This document shows positions 35,389 through 45,748 of a DNA stretch of 60,336 nucleotides, piece after piece (positions within the stretch are counted from its first letter, which is position 1; each line of letters begins with the position of its first letter). Source of the DNA: an uncultured Candidatus Saccharibacteria bacterium (lineage in GTDB: Bacteria; Patescibacteriota; Minisyncoccia; Phycocordibacterales; UBA9973); contig CAYUQD010000004.1 in assembly GCA_964446965.1 (NCBI GenBank), positions 1 to 60,336 on the forward strand. The letters run 5' to 3'. The notes below the pieces were generated by a model, which saw nothing but the letters and a program-made list of their open reading frames with translations, was not told the DNA's origin and did not search any database. The translations under genes were made by a program, and so were the position numbers.

Positions 35389-35655
35389 ATGGCGCTCTTG
35401 AAGACCAAGTCATACATCAAGCAGTGCCAGACACTCACAAACAAAGACAAAACACTTCTCAGGTTACAAGAGAAGCGACTTGAGAAAGATATTCTTCATC
35501 CTTTGCTTCATACGAAGCGTCTCAAAGGGTTTGGATCTGATAGAGTATATTCATTTCGAGTCACGCGGACGTATCGTGGTGTATTTCGTATCCAAGGAAA
35601 CGATGTTGTTCTGTTTGCAATAGGCCACCGCAAGGATATATACGACTCTTTGTAA
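35389..35655 (+). CDS. RelE/ParE-superfamily toxin
   Basis: HPLLHTKRLKG......YSFRVTRTYRGVFRIQGNDVVLFAIGHRKDIY. Confidence 0.65.
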   Translation: MALLKTKSYIKQCQTLTNKDKTLLRLQEKRLEKDILHPLLHTKRLKGFGSDRVYSFRVTRTYRGVFRIQGNDVVLFAIGHRKDIYDSL

Positions 35656-35686
35656 AATCTCGGTATTTTCTGTATAGTTTCCATAC

Positions 35687-36376
35687 ATGCAAATCCCTAC
35701 CGGAACACTCCACCCACTGAGCCTTGTAACTGAAGAAGCGATCAATATCCTTGCAAAACAAGGATTTAGTGTCGCGCTTGGTCCAGAGCTCGAGGACGAA
35801 TGGCACAACTTCGACGCGCTCAATGTCCCCAAGGACCATCCCGCTCGTGATATGCAGGACACGTTCTTCCTCAAGGACAAGTCAGGATTCGTCATGCGCA
35901 CCCATACGTCTCCCGTGCAGATCCGATATATGGAATCGAATACGCCGCCATTTGCCATTGTTGTGCCGGGCAAAGTCTTTAGAAATGAAGCAACTGATGC
36001 GACACACGAAATGCAGTTTCACCAACTCGAAGGCCTCGTCGTCGCACCAGACATCACCGTCGAACACCTCAAGGGAACACTACTGACATTCTTCAAGGAA
36101 TTATTCGGAGAGAAGACAGACATTAGACTCCGGCCGAGCTTCTTTCCATTTGTTGAACCCGGCTTTGAAGTAGATGTGAAAGTTGGCGACAAATGGCTCG
36201 AGGTGTGTGGTGCTGGCATGGTGCACCCAACCGTGCTCACGAACGTCGGTTATGACCCCAAGGCAGTGACTGGTTTTGCATTCGGTATGGGTATCGATCG
36301 TCTCGCCATGATCAAATACGGCATGACAGATATCCGCAACTTTTATCAAGGAGATCTCCGTATTAGTCAATTTTAG
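35687..36376 (+). CDS. pheS: Phenylalanine--tRNA ligase alpha subunit, catalytic core only (229 aa)
   Basis: HPARDMQDTFF, RTHTSPVQIR, FRNE..DATH...FHQLEGL, GAGMVHP.VL. Confidence 0.85.
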   Translation: MQIPTGTLHPLSLVTEEAINILAKQGFSVALGPELEDEWHNFDALNVPKDHPARDMQDTFFLKDKSGFVMRTHTSPVQIRYMESNTPPFAIVVPGKVFRNEATDATHEMQFHQLEGLVVAPDITVEHLKGTLLTFFKELFGEKTDIRLRPSFFPFVEPGFEVDVKVGDKWLEVCGAGMVHPTVLTNVGYDPKAVTGFAFGMGIDRLAMIKYGMTDIRNFYQGDLRISQF

Positions 36377-36391
36377 AAAACAAAAATACAG

Positions 36392-38176
36392 ATGAAATAC
36401 TCCTACAACTGGCTACAAAAACATATTGAAGAAAAGCTTCCATCAGTCGAGAGTCTCAAAGAGACGATTATTTTTCATGCATTCGAAGTAGAAGATGTAG
36501 AGACAGTAGGAGATGATGCTATATTCGATATCAAGGTGTTGCCTGACCGAGCACACGACTGTCTCTCACACTATGGCATGGCGCGAGAGATCGCGGGGCT
36601 ATGCAAACTCACACTGAAACCTCTCGAGTTGATCCCACTCCCAACTACTGATCTTGATACACCTGTCGAAGTCGCGAGCGATCTCTGTCGTCGATACATC
36701 GCGATCAAAATGGACACTGTCACGGTTGCGCCGTCTCCTACATGGCTTCGGACTGCGCTCGAGAGTATTGGCCAAAAGTCAGTCAACAACATCGTCGACG
36801 CGACCAACTATGTCCTCTTTGATCGAGGACAGCCCGTACATGCATTCGATACGAGTAATGTTGATGGTGGTATCGTTGTGCGTCTCGCAAAAGAAGGAGA
36901 AAAGATCATCACACTATCTACTGAAGAAAAAGAACTCAACCCCGACATGCTCGTCATCGCAGACTATATAGGTGCACTCGCAATAGCGGGAGTAAAAGGG
37001 GGCAAGAATGCAGAAGTCACTAACGCAACAACCTCTATTATTATAGAAGTTGCAAACTTTGATGCGACAAGTGTGCGCAAGACTTCCCGTGGTCTCGGAC
37101 TTGTCACTGATGCATCAAAGCGATTTGAGAATGATCTCAGTCCTGTGGTCGCATTTGATGCTGCGCAGCAAGTGGTTGCATTGATCAAGGATCTCGCGGG
37201 TGGGGAAGTCGCTGGTGTGTACGAATATTTTCCCAAAAAGCCAGAGCAGACCAAGATCTCATTTACGCTTGCTGACATCACTCGATACTTGGGTCCAAGT
37301 ATTACTGCACAGCATATCGACGATGTGTGTTTTTCTCGATATCACTACGACTACACAAAAGAAGGTGAGGTATATACACTCACCGTGCCATACGAACGCC
37401 TCGATCTGACAGGTCCACATGATATCGCCGAAGAAGTTGGACGAGTAGTCGGGTACGAGACTATCGCGGCTGCACCGTTGCCGCTTGAGTTCTCCGTTTC
37501 GCACTCTCCACAATATCAAGCAATCCGTGCGGTCAAAGCATGGCTCGTCCATGATGGGTATCGCGAAGTCCAGACGTATACGTTCGTAAAGAAGGGGCAG
37601 ATCGAGATCGCACGTGGCCCAAAGGGCAAATCTGCACTACGAGCAAATCTCTCGGACGGACTCAAAGAGAGTGGGGAACTCAACAAACGCAATGTGGCAC
37701 TCTTTGGGGATGGTGCAGTCAAGCTCTTTGAGATTGGGACAGTATTTCTCGGAGACCGAGAAGAAATACACGTCGCGACCATCGACACAGACGGTACTAT
37801 CACCGAGACAACCATCGAGCAGTACATAGCAGATCGAAAGATAGTGGTTGAGACGACTGAGCTCGAGATCACCCCAACGACTACTTCATTTAAACCGTGG
37901 TCCATCTATCCGTTCAGTACACGCGACATCGCCGTATGGGTGCAATCAGACCAAGACAAGCAGATGCTCGAAACTATCATCACCGACTTTGCCAAGCAGT
38001 ACTGCGTCCGTGCACCATACCTCTTTGATACATTCACCAAAGAAGGTAAAACAAGTGTTGCATATCGACTCGTCTTTCAATCGTATGACAAAACACTGAC
38101 CGAAGCAGAGATAGAAGGATGGGTTACGATCCTCGTCACTCGCATTACTGAGAGGGGTGTATTTGAGATCCGATAG
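36392..38176 (+). CDS. pheT: Phenylalanine--tRNA ligase beta subunit, short form (594 aa, lacks the B2 OB tRNA-binding domain)
   Basis: MKYSYNWLQKHI, then directly FDIKVLPDRAHDCLSHYGMAREIAG. B3/4 domain and C-terminal FDX-ACB-like end (SVAYRLVFQS.DKTLT..E). Confidence 0.85.
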   Translation: MKYSYNWLQKHIEEKLPSVESLKETIIFHAFEVEDVETVGDDAIFDIKVLPDRAHDCLSHYGMAREIAGLCKLTLKPLELIPLPTTDLDTPVEVASDLCRRYIAIKMDTVTVAPSPTWLRTALESIGQKSVNNIVDATNYVLFDRGQPVHAFDTSNVDGGIVVRLAKEGEKIITLSTEEKELNPDMLVIADYIGALAIAGVKGGKNAEVTNATTSIIIEVANFDATSVRKTSRGLGLVTDASKRFENDLSPVVAFDAAQQVVALIKDLAGGEVAGVYEYFPKKPEQTKISFTLADITRYLGPSITAQHIDDVCFSRYHYDYTKEGEVYTLTVPYERLDLTGPHDIAEEVGRVVGYETIAAAPLPLEFSVSHSPQYQAIRAVKAWLVHDGYREVQTYTFVKKGQIEIARGPKGKSALRANLSDGLKESGELNKRNVALFGDGAVKLFEIGTVFLGDREEIHVATIDTDGTITETTIEQYIADRKIVVETTELEITPTTTSFKPWSIYPFSTRDIAVWVQSDQDKQMLETIITDFAKQYCVRAPYLFDTFTKEGKTSVAYRLVFQSYDKTLTEAEIEGWVTILVTRITERGVFEIR

Positions 38177-38201
38177 GGGGCTCGTGCTATACTGCACTCC
38201 T

Positions 38202-38723
38202 ATGAAGCATGCAAAGGTTTGGATTAGTAGTATCGTAATAGTTATTGTACTCGCACTTGTTATTAGTAGTAGAACATCACGCCAGGAAGCACAACTTCCA
38301 CCTGCTGATGCAACACTCGCCGGCCCCCAAGAATCTATCCCCGCAAGTACGTATGGCCCGACAGCACCATTAACAAAAAATAAAGTAATTTATAGTAACA
38401 GTATGAAAATAGAAATAACCACCGAAGGAACTGGAGCAGAGATAGACAATGGTCAGACTGCCGTCATGACATATGTTGGAAGACTCGAAAATGGTACCGT
38501 CTTTGACGCGAGCAAGAACCATGGTGATGGCACATTCTCGTTCACGCTCGGAGCAGGGCAGGTGATCAAGGGATGGGATCTCGGAGTGCTCGGTATGAAG
38601 GTTGGAGAAAGTCGAACGCTCACGATCCCTGGTGAACTCGCCTATGGACCAATGGGGATACCTGGTGCAATTCCACCCAATGCAACCCTTGTATTCGATG
38701 TCTCATTGGTAGCAATCAAGTAA
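38202..38723 (+). CDS. FKBP-type peptidyl-prolyl isomerase with an N-terminal membrane anchor
   Basis: YVGRLENGTVFDAS....F.F.LGAGQVIKGWD.GVLGMKVGE.R.L.IP..LAYG......IPPNATLVFDV.L. Confidence 0.85.
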   Translation: MKHAKVWISSIVIVIVLALVISSRTSRQEAQLPPADATLAGPQESIPASTYGPTAPLTKNKVIYSNSMKIEITTEGTGAEIDNGQTAVMTYVGRLENGTVFDASKNHGDGTFSFTLGAGQVIKGWDLGVLGMKVGESRTLTIPGELAYGPMGIPGAIPPNATLVFDVSLVAIK

Positions 38724-38744
38724 TCTGTGATAGTATCAGGTCCT

Positions 38745-40172
38745 ATGAAAAACACTCGCATCGGTGCCTGGTGGCGCCAACAATCAACTCGACGCAAGAT
38801 CTTTTATGTGGCAATCCTCGTCATTGTCTTACTCATTGTCTTTATCAAAAAGAATGATAATGCCAATGCAACGATCGAGACTGTTACTCGTCAAAATCTC
38901 GTGCGTACTATTTCTGCGTCTGGTACGGTTGTATCGTCGACTGACCTCAGTCTCGGATTTGAGCAGAGCAAAATGGTATCGAGTATTCGCGTCGCTGTTG
39001 GTGCAAAGGTTCGTACGGGCGATGTACTTGCGAGTCTCTCCAATGGAACTGAGCGAGCAGCACTCGCATCTGCGAAAGGATCCCTGCTTGCAGCCCAAGC
39101 TCGCTACAAAAAGGTCCTCGAAGGAAACTCGAGTGAGGAAGTGAAGCTTGCACAAGTACAGCTTGCCAATGCGCGTCGCGCACTCCTCTCCGAAGGGCTT
39201 GTAGTAAAACCCGAAGATACTGCTGTCACGATTGCACCTACTATTTCTGGTACTTATACTGGTCAAGAAGGTGAATACCGTCTCGAGCTCCTGACACTTC
39301 TTCAGAACACTCTCGAATACAGAGGACTAGAAAGCGGTAGTGTGCGCATGAGTGAGTCAGTACCGCAAAAGCTTGGTACCAAAGGGCTCTATGTGCAGTT
39401 CGCACCCAACACGCTCAAGCAAATCACGAATGGCACGACATGGACTATTGCAATACCTAACATAGAAGGAAGTTCATATATCGCCAACAAAGCAACTGTT
39501 GATGAAAAGGAGGCGGCGCTTGCGGTGACACAGGCAACTGCGCGACAGCCTGACATCGATGCAGCACTCGCTGATGTTGTCACCGCCCAAGCAGGAGTTG
39601 ATACAGCCAATGCTGCCCTCGAAAAGACGATCCTACGTGCACCTGCAGATGGCACGATCACTGCGGTTAATGTAAAGGTAGGAGAGATACCCGCTGTCGG
39701 CAAGGTTGCAATAGCACTCCAAGATGTCTCCAATCTCTACCTCGAAGCAAATGTTAACGAAAGTAATATCAAGAGTGTCTCAGTAGGACAGCGTGTGACG
39801 GTCACCTTTGATGCATTCACCGGAGATACATACTACGCCACTGTCTCATCTATTGATCCTGCGGCAACGATCGAGAACAATGTCGTCAACTACAAGATCA
39901 AGGCACTCATCACTGAAGTAGGGGTTATTCGCCCTGGAATGACTGCCAACATGGTTGTCCAGACTGCGGCAGTCGATGGAGTACTCGTCATTCCTGGTCG
40001 TGTCATTACGACTACTGATGGAGTACAGCGTGTTGAAGTCGTCACTGATGAACGACGCAAAAAGACACAGCCACGTACGATCACTACTGGCCTCAAAGGA
40101 GATGGAGATCTGGTCGAAATACAATCTGGACTCACCGAAGGAGAAAAAGTTCTCTGGAATCCTGCAGTATAA
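38745..40172 (+). CDS. HlyD/MacA-type periplasmic adaptor (membrane fusion protein)
   Basis: N-terminal TM, lipoyl-like GDVLASL, coiled-coil segment, ILRAPADGTI..VNVKVGE, beta-barrel C-terminus. Confidence 0.75.
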   Translation: MKNTRIGAWWRQQSTRRKIFYVAILVIVLLIVFIKKNDNANATIETVTRQNLVRTISASGTVVSSTDLSLGFEQSKMVSSIRVAVGAKVRTGDVLASLSNGTERAALASAKGSLLAAQARYKKVLEGNSSEEVKLAQVQLANARRALLSEGLVVKPEDTAVTIAPTISGTYTGQEGEYRLELLTLLQNTLEYRGLESGSVRMSESVPQKLGTKGLYVQFAPNTLKQITNGTTWTIAIPNIEGSSYIANKATVDEKEAALAVTQATARQPDIDAALADVVTAQAGVDTANAALEKTILRAPADGTITAVNVKVGEIPAVGKVAIALQDVSNLYLEANVNESNIKSVSVGQRVTVTFDAFTGDTYYATVSSIDPAATIENNVVNYKIKALITEVGVIRPGMTANMVVQTAAVDGVLVIPGRVITTTDGVQRVEVVTDERRKKTQPRTITTGLKGDGDLVEIQSGLTEGEKVLWNPAV

Positions 40173-40173
40173 T

Positions 40174-41451
40174 ATGCCAAAAAAGCACAGCGCATGGACG
40201 AGACTCAAGACTGACGGTGTTGTCGGTATGTTCCTCGCAAAACGAGATCTCAAACGAGCAAATCCATGGACGACCTCACTCATTGTCTTTGTGATGCTCC
40301 TGACGTTCCTCAACCTCGTCGTTGTGTCAGGTATCCTCGTCGGACTTATCGAAGGATCTGTCAGTGCTGACAAACAGTATTCGTCAGGCGACATTCTCGT
40401 CTCGCCATTTTTGAACAAATCGTCTATCGAACAAACTCCCGAAGCAGTAGCTGTTGCAAAGACCGTGCCGGGATATGTCGCAAGTGTTGTGCGATATACG
40501 GGTAGTGCGCGCGTCGAGAGCAACTACCGTACCACGATCCGCGCTGATGAACTACGCGATGGTGCAGGAGGGTCATTGCTCGGAGTCGATCCGGTCAAAG
40601 AAGATGAATTTTCAGGGATCAAGAAATTTGTTGTCGAAGGCACCTTCATTGAACCCGGGGATAGTGACTCAGTTGTCCTCGGCAAGAACTTGCTCTACAA
40701 ATACACTCCTATCGAAGCCCCTGGTTTCCAGACACTCAAGGATGTATCGGTCGGATCTCGTATCCGTATCACCATCGGAGATGTGCAGAAGGAATACTAT
40801 GTAAAGGGTATCATCGCGAGCAAGGTTGATACATTCGATAGTTCGGTGATCATGCTCGATAGCGAGGCACGCAAACTCATCGGTCGCTCTGACTTCAATG
40901 CAAATCAGATCGCAATCCAACTTGCACCAGGGACTGATCCTAGTGTCGCAAAGGCAATGCTCATCCAGAGTGGGGTAGGAGAGTATGGCCGCGTACAGAC
41001 ACACGACGAAGCCTTGCCCAAGTTTCTCAAGGATATCCAAGCAACGTTCGGCATTCTCGGGAACGCAATCTCGAGTATCGGGCTCGTTGTCGCGGCGATC
41101 ACGATATTCATTGTGATCTTCGTCAACGCCATTACGCGTCGTCGCTACATTGGTATCCTCAAAGGGATCGGTATCACACCTCGTGCGATTGCGATCTCAT
41201 ACATGGTCCAATCTATATTTTATGCACTTGCAGGATCTCTCATTGGTATCATTGTCGTCTTTGCATTACTCAAACCACTCTTTGTGGCGCACCCGATCGA
41301 CTTTCCATTCTCAGATGGTATCCTCGTTGCGACGATCCCTGGTACGATCACTCGCACGGTGATATTGCTCATCGCAACGATCGTTGCAGGATACATACCA
41401 GCACGTATCGTGATCAAACAGAACACACTATCAGCAATTTTGGGACGATAA
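40174..41451 (+). CDS. ABC transporter permease, FtsX/MacB-type
   Basis: TM1, large extracytoplasmic domain, then a C-terminal three-TM FtsX domain (RRRYIGILKGIGITPRAI). ATG 40174. Confidence 0.8.
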   Translation: MPKKHSAWTRLKTDGVVGMFLAKRDLKRANPWTTSLIVFVMLLTFLNLVVVSGILVGLIEGSVSADKQYSSGDILVSPFLNKSSIEQTPEAVAVAKTVPGYVASVVRYTGSARVESNYRTTIRADELRDGAGGSLLGVDPVKEDEFSGIKKFVVEGTFIEPGDSDSVVLGKNLLYKYTPIEAPGFQTLKDVSVGSRIRITIGDVQKEYYVKGIIASKVDTFDSSVIMLDSEARKLIGRSDFNANQIAIQLAPGTDPSVAKAMLIQSGVGEYGRVQTHDEALPKFLKDIQATFGILGNAISSIGLVVAAITIFIVIFVNAITRRRYIGILKGIGITPRAIAISYMVQSIFYALAGSLIGIIVVFALLKPLFVAHPIDFPFSDGILVATIPGTITRTVILLIATIVAGYIPARIVIKQNTLSAILGR

Positions 41452-41452
41452 C

Positions 41453-42127
41453 ATGATAACCATCAACAACCTTTCAAAAATTTTCAAAAGTGGCGACGCC
41501 GAAATACGCGCCGTCGACAACGTCTCGCTCGTCATCCCCGAAGGGGAGTTCGTTGCAATCACTGGTCGTTCTGGGTCGGGCAAGAGCACACTCCTCTATC
41601 AACTCGGTCTCCTCGACCGACCAACGCAGGGCACGATCCAGATCGATGGAGTTGATGTGACCGCACTCTCCGACAACGAACAGACACTCATGCGCCTCCA
41701 TGCGCTCGGCTATATTTTCCAAGATTATGCGATCTTGCCGACACTGAGCGCCATTGAGAACGTCATGGTACCACTCCTCATGCAGGGTGACTCTGAGTCT
41801 GCTGCGCGTCACAAGGCAGCAGTTGCACTCAAGCGTGTCGGACTCGGAGATCGCATGGACAACTTGCCAGGACAGCTCTCGGGTGGACAACAACAGCGTG
41901 TCTCGATCGCGCGTGCGATCGGGCACAACCCCAAGATCGTCTTTGCTGACGAGCCGACAGCCAACCTCGATAGTGAGACATCTCGTACCGTACTCGACGC
42001 ATTCATCGAACTCAACAAGGAAGGCCAGACCATCATCATGGTCACTCACGAACCAGAGTACGCAGCACTCGCAGACCGTATCGTCACCCTTGCTGACGGC
42101 AAGATAGTCGGGGATGTCATGAACTAG
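41453..42127 (+). CDS. ABC transporter ATP-binding protein (MacB/LolD type)
   Basis: [36 protein letters not shown]. Confidence 0.9.
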   Translation: MITINNLSKIFKSGDAEIRAVDNVSLVIPEGEFVAITGRSGSGKSTLLYQLGLLDRPTQGTIQIDGVDVTALSDNEQTLMRLHALGYIFQDYAILPTLSAIENVMVPLLMQGDSESAARHKAAVALKRVGLGDRMDNLPGQLSGGQQQRVSIARAIGHNPKIVFADEPTANLDSETSRTVLDAFIELNKEGQTIIMVTHEPEYAALADRIVTLADGKIVGDVMN

Positions 42128-42148
42128 GTGCATGCTATACTGGGGTAT

Positions 42149-42952
42149 ATGCAACCATTTATTGAAAAGTACCACACTGCCATTATCAGAATCATTGTAG
42201 GGGTAGGGATTTTGCTCGCGCTCTTTTTGCTCGCGGCAACTGTCGTCAAAGTAAAGGAGTACCGATTTGTCGGATCTGGAGTTTCGGCGAGCAATACGAT
42301 CACTGTCTCAGGAGAAGGCAAGGTAGATCGCGCGCCTGATACAGCAAAGGTTTCATTCACCATCATGGATGAACAAAAGGATCTCAAGAGTGCGCAGAAC
42401 AATGTTAGTACAAAGGTAGACGCAGTGACCAAATCACTCAAAGCACTCGACATTGACGAAAAACATATCAAGACTGACTCGTATGACTCATATCCCCAGT
42501 ACGACTACGTCAACACTATTCGATGTATCACCACTCCATGTCCAGGGAACAGTACACCAGTACTGCGTGGCTATCAGGTGTCACACAACATCACCATCAG
42601 TATCAAGAATCTCGAGTCAGTCCCTGCAGTTCTCGGAGCACTAGGAGATGTAGGAGTAACCAATATTTCGGGGCCACGCTTTGGCTTCGAAGATGACAAA
42701 GAGATCGCACGAGAAGCTCGTGACCTCGCCATCAAAGACGCTCGCAAAGAAGCAGACAAGCTCGCAGGATCACTCGGAGTACATATCGTGCGCATCGTAT
42801 CATTCAGCGAAGGCGCAAATGGTATGCCAGTCCCAATGTATGCAACGCGTGATGCGATGATGGGCACGGAGAAAGCTGGTGCAGTGCCGAGCATTCCTGT
42901 TGGAGAGCAAAATATCACCTCTAATGTAACGATCGTCTACGAAATACAGTAG
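42149..42952 (+). CDS. SIMPL-domain (DUF541) protein
   Basis: ITVSGEGKV...PD.A.V.F.I; GY.VSHNITI.IKNLE; VTNISGPRF. A GTG at 42128 is also possible. Confidence 0.7.
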   Translation: MQPFIEKYHTAIIRIIVGVGILLALFLLAATVVKVKEYRFVGSGVSASNTITVSGEGKVDRAPDTAKVSFTIMDEQKDLKSAQNNVSTKVDAVTKSLKALDIDEKHIKTDSYDSYPQYDYVNTIRCITTPCPGNSTPVLRGYQVSHNITISIKNLESVPAVLGALGDVGVTNISGPRFGFEDDKEIAREARDLAIKDARKEADKLAGSLGVHIVRIVSFSEGANGMPVPMYATRDAMMGTEKAGAVPSIPVGEQNITSNVTIVYEIQ

Positions 42953-42958
42953 CAGACT

Positions 42959-44251
42959 ATGGAACAGGACAAAGACACTACTTCAGTACGGTTCTACTTG
43001 AAAGCTGTAGCAGTCATCCTTGTCCTCGCTCTTGTCTTGTCAAAAGGGGTACCAATAGTGAATCGTGCGATGTACGGCAACGCGATCACCTCATCACGAC
43101 TTGGTGCAGATGCATACGAGAGTTTGTTGCTATTGAAAAACCTCCAATCATCACCTACTACCGTAGGTCGTGATGATCTCACCACAGCTTCAGTCGTAGA
43201 CACTCCTGTATTGGCTATTGCACCATCATCCACAATGCCTGGTCCACAAGTGGTGGCACCAGGGCAACTTGATGTACATATTGCAGATTTTGATCTGACA
43301 CTCACCGGTACAGCTACTCCAGCAAAGCTTGGCAGAGCATTATATCTGAGAGGTATCTGTACTCCTGACCCGAGTGCGAGCTATGTGGATGCGTCGCTCC
43401 TCAATGTGCGCTACTACAGTGGCACAACCCTTCTTGCGACTGATGAGGCGTTTGGAGGATTCCCGTGCGGGGTACTCAATGCTGCATATCTCCAAAAAAC
43501 TGTTGCATTAACACCAGGAGTCAGCAAGAAAATTTCGATATACGCAGATATTGACCCTGCGGCACAGTGGGGGACACAGTATCTGTTCAATTTTAGAGCA
43601 TCAGTATATGGGGCCGCGAGCGTGCAAGACGGATATACAGCTGCGCCTATTACCGTTGGACCACAGACTGCATGTAGTATCGATGCATTTGTTCCACCGA
43701 CGAGTACTACAGCTGCATCCAAATTGGTAGTTACTACTACATGGGCAACGAGCAATTGCACAGGGGTCGTGCTACAGATAGGTGTGGGTTCAGAACAACG
43801 CCGATATAGTGTCCCGACTACAGGATCCCTCAGGACGTCTTCGCGACCGACTGATCGTGATACGAGTATGGAAGTTACATTGATCGCATCAAACATAAAA
43901 GGGATTACTTCTCGTACGAGTGTCGTACCTATTACTGATATTGCACTACCTGATGTGACAGAGCAGTGTGGATTTTTCAACATTAGCGCAGTGCCGATGT
44001 CTGTGTTTGCAGCGGTACCCACCACCACACTCAGTTGGGATGCACCGAATGGTTGTGCTGTGGGTATTACCGCCTGGAGACCCAACACAACCGGAGTCCC
44101 TACACCGATGGTGATCCCTAATGGGACTGAAACAGTGTTCCCAAATGACGGACGTCTAGAGTACACTCCGCCAAAACCAACTAGTTTTTTGTTTATTTCA
44201 CAGACCCCATCAGTCTCTGCCGCGAGGACTCTTGATATAGAGAAGCATTAG
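42959..44251 (+). CDS. Membrane-anchored protein, probably extracytoplasmic, unknown function
   Basis: 430-aa ORF with an N-terminal TM (AVAVILVLALVL), T/S/P-rich. Confidence 0.5.
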   Translation: MEQDKDTTSVRFYLKAVAVILVLALVLSKGVPIVNRAMYGNAITSSRLGADAYESLLLLKNLQSSPTTVGRDDLTTASVVDTPVLAIAPSSTMPGPQVVAPGQLDVHIADFDLTLTGTATPAKLGRALYLRGICTPDPSASYVDASLLNVRYYSGTTLLATDEAFGGFPCGVLNAAYLQKTVALTPGVSKKISIYADIDPAAQWGTQYLFNFRASVYGAASVQDGYTAAPITVGPQTACSIDAFVPPTSTTAASKLVVTTTWATSNCTGVVLQIGVGSEQRRYSVPTTGSLRTSSRPTDRDTSMEVTLIASNIKGITSRTSVVPITDIALPDVTEQCGFFNISAVPMSVFAAVPTTTLSWDAPNGCAVGITAWRPNTTGVPTPMVIPNGTETVFPNDGRLEYTPPKPTSFLFISQTPSVSAARTLDIEKH

Positions 44252-44333
44252 GGGCTAGTTGACCAGACTTTATGTTTAGGGTATTATGTGTGGGTAATGC
44301 CCCCAGGGCGTTTTTTAGTAAGAACAAAAACCG

Positions 44334-44519
44334 ATGATCAAACCATTTCAATTCCTCAAAGAAACTCGTCTCGAACTCAAGCATGTTGTGTGGCCTACAC
44401 GCACGCGCGCTATCATGTATGCAGTTATCATTATCTTATTCTCTCTCGCGATGGGGTATATGCTGTTTGGATTTGACGCGCTATTCCGAGAACTCCTCAA
44501 ACTCATTATTGTTAAATAA
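44334..44519 (+). CDS. secE: Preprotein translocase subunit SecE
   Basis: FLKETRLELKHVVWPTR......AVIIILFSLAMGYMLFGFD. Conserved position upstream of nusG. Confidence 0.8.
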   Translation: MIKPFQFLKETRLELKHVVWPTRTRAIMYAVIIILFSLAMGYMLFGFDALFRELLKLIIVK

Positions 44520-44530
44520 CATTTATCCCT

Positions 44531-45079
44531 ATGTCGAAACAAGAACACACCGGTATCCGCCAATGGTATACCATTCATACATACTCTGGATACGAAAATG
44601 CCGTACAGCGCAACTTGCGTCAGCGTATCGATAGTCTCGGGATGCAAGACAAGATCTTTAGTGTGGTGGTACCAACTGAAAAGAAGATCAAGATCAAGGG
44701 TGGCAAACGTGTCGAAGTCGAAGAAAAGGTGTACCCAGGGTACGTGCTCGTCGAGATGATCGTAGACGACGACTCATGGTTCGTGGTGCGCAACACACCT
44801 CGCGTAACCGGATTTGTGGGAGCGGGAGTTACTCCAGTACCATTGACCCAAAAGGAGATCGACTACTTCCTCGGACGTATGAACGATGACTCAGTCACCA
44901 AGCATGCCATCGACCTCGAAGTAGGGGAGACGATCATCATCAACGATGGTCCGTTCAAGGAGAGTGAAGGACGTGTCTCCGAAGTAGACTCAGAGCGTGG
45001 CAAGGTGAAGGTTATGGTATCGCTCTTTGGGCGAGAGACTCCGGTAGAGCTCGACTTCTTGCAGGTGAAGAAGTTATAA
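44531..45079 (+). CDS. nusG: Transcription termination/antitermination factor NusG
   Basis: WYTIHTYSGYENAV NGN domain and KOW motif GETIIINDGPFKESEGRVSEVD. Confidence 0.9.
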   Translation: MSKQEHTGIRQWYTIHTYSGYENAVQRNLRQRIDSLGMQDKIFSVVVPTEKKIKIKGGKRVEVEEKVYPGYVLVEMIVDDDSWFVVRNTPRVTGFVGAGVTPVPLTQKEIDYFLGRMNDDSVTKHAIDLEVGETIIINDGPFKESEGRVSEVDSERGKVKVMVSLFGRETPVELDFLQVKKL

Positions 45080-45099
45080 GAACAGTTCGCTTCGAAAAA

Positions 45100-45156
45100 G
45101 GCCAATTTGTATACTATCCTCGCTACGCTGCGGGGTATACAAATTTGCCTTTTTCT
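45100..45156 (+). terminator. Long hairpin plus T-tract between nusG and rplK (terminator or attenuator)
   Basis: ggccaatttgtatac-(20 nt)-gtatacaaatttgcc followed by tttttc. Confidence 0.5.
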
Positions 45157-45259
45157 CTGCTCGCGGTAGGTTTGAAACACTCCTTTACACACAGCCAATT
45201 TCTGCTATAGTACACAGCGTTACGCTATCGCTTCTACTTTAGCAATCACACACATTTAT

Positions 45260-45685
45260 ATGGCAAAAAACATTACAAAAAAGATCAAACTCCAAGCAAT
45301 GGGAGGCATGGCAACCCCAGCCCCACCACTTGGTCCTGCACTCGGTCAAGCCGGAGTCAACATTGGTGACTTCGTCCAGAAGTTCAACGCTGCTACTGCT
45401 GACCAGCGTGGCGAGAAAGTCGGTATCAAGATCTCAGTATACGACGACCGGTCATATGACTTCGCGGTAACACAGCCAACTGTGACGTCTCTAATCTTCA
45501 AGGCAGCAGGCATCGAGAAAGGTTCTCAGAAGCCTCGCACCTCAAAGGCAGGCAAGCTCACTCGAGACCAGGTCCGTGCGATCGCAGAACGCAAGATGCC
45601 CGACCTCAACGCCAACGACATCGACGCAGCAATGAAAATCGTCGAAGGTTCAGCACGAAGTGCTGGTATCGAAGTGGTAGGATAA
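45260..45685 (+). CDS. rplK: 50S ribosomal protein L11
   Basis: KLQ...G.ATPAPPLGPALGQAGVNI..F...FN..T. Confidence 0.9.
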   Translation: MAKNITKKIKLQAMGGMATPAPPLGPALGQAGVNIGDFVQKFNAATADQRGEKVGIKISVYDDRSYDFAVTQPTVTSLIFKAAGIEKGSQKPRTSKAGKLTRDQVRAIAERKMPDLNANDIDAAMKIVEGSARSAGIEVVG

Positions 45686-45714
45686 TTATTTCTACTATAT
45701 ATCACAAAAGAAAA

Positions 45715-45742
45715 GCCACTCCTGCAAGGGAGTGGTTTTTTT
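45715..45742. terminator. Bidirectional terminator between rplK and the convergent DHFR gene
   Basis: ccactcc-tgcaag-ggagtgg followed by ttttttt. Confidence 0.6.
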
Positions 45743-45748
45743 AATTAC

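Noticed and set aside
39846-42175. Long antisense ORFs 39846-40523 and 41474-42175
   Set aside because: They lie opposite strongly supported efflux adaptor, permease and ATPase genes. Long open antisense frames like these are most simply explained as non-coding.
44259-44287. TTGACC-17-TATTAT promoter upstream of secE
   Set aside because: The sequence is plausible, but it is followed by a weak hairpin and a T-run of unclear meaning. Not reported as a feature.
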